DNA of 64,000 nucleotides from a virus: IMG/VR virus record IMGVR_UViG_3300011114_000773, positions 44,298 to 108,297 of that record; one strand, 5' to 3'. Shown piece by piece: positions 63,672 to 64,000 of this stretch (position 1 is its first letter; each line of letters starts with the position of its first letter). The notes under the pieces were generated by a model. It saw only the letters and a program-made list of their open reading frames with translations, ran no database searches and was not told where the DNA came from. The position numbers and the translations under genes were made by a program.

Positions 63672-63913
63672 AGTGCCGCAGGCTCGGCGCAATCTAAAGC
63701 AGAGCCACATGGAGAAGTCCAAATTAAATCAACAGATAACTCTAATGTATTATCGAAACTTAATGCTGGATATGTTCCGCCAAAGTAAGTGTTCTTTGTA
63801 TCTGTAACGTATAAATCTCCGCTAACTGGAGACTGGGCAGAGCCGTGATTAGGCAACAGTCTAAATGATTCGTTATGAATAAATCGGCCCGTAGGAGGAG
63901 AGAAGCTCGTCAT
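63668..63913 (-). CDS. Small hypothetical protein; C-terminus resembles that of the downstream gene
   Basis: DNTLELSVDLIWTSPC vs DNLSLSFRLSWGSDC. Confidence 0.5.
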   Translation of the reverse strand: MTSFSPPTGRFIHNESFRLLPNHGSAQSPVSGDLYVTDTKNTYFGGTYPALSFDNTLELSVDLIWTSPCGSALDCAEPAAL

Positions 63914-64000
63914 TTAGACAGACCAGCTAAGATATGAATGTGCACTCCATTGAAAGGCTGGAGACTCAAGATAATTTCCAGTCATCACTGTGACATATAC
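63914..64000 (-). CDS. 3' end of a gene truncated by the window edge
   Basis: Only open - frame at the edge; ends ...SYLSWSV-TAA. Confidence 0.55.
   Translation of the reverse strand, partial: VYVTVMTGNYLESPAFQWSAHSYLSWSV

Overview
A 64 kb, almost fully coding fragment of a large tailed dsDNA phage (standard genetic code; no tRNA, rRNA, CRISPR array or integrase seen). 1-12.5 kb (+) is a sugar-modification and replication/recombination block: methyltransferase, GDP-mannose dehydratase-like SDR, RecA, an antisense LAGLIDADG endonuclease, DnaB, primase, a Cas4-like nuclease and a family-C polymerase split into PHP, exonuclease and catalytic genes. 12.5-64 kb (-) is a morphogenesis block: prohead protease/scaffold, capsid, head fibres, neck, tail tube, tape measure and tail-tip proteins, with no sheath gene seen. 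A + strand island at 21.9-26.4 kb interrupts it (Whirly-like SSB, glycosyltransferases, annealase). The standout is the 3181-aa tape measure protein. Its central ~1600 aa is a string of enzyme domains (P-loop kinase, HIGH nucleotidyltransferase, REase-fold, HEExxH-type metallopeptidase, ADP-ribosyltransferase, two GNAT-like domains) punctuated by seven copies of G[HYW][VI]PNF. This suggests a processed, cassette-like effector polyprotein injected with the genome. Also seen: near-leaderless sigma70 promoters, a recurrent (G/C/A)TGTAWW putative late-promoter motif, a likely nested scaffold gene, a glycosyltransferase split across two genes, and S/T-G enrichment in virion proteins. All functional calls come from motifs read by eye and from gene order; no searches were run.
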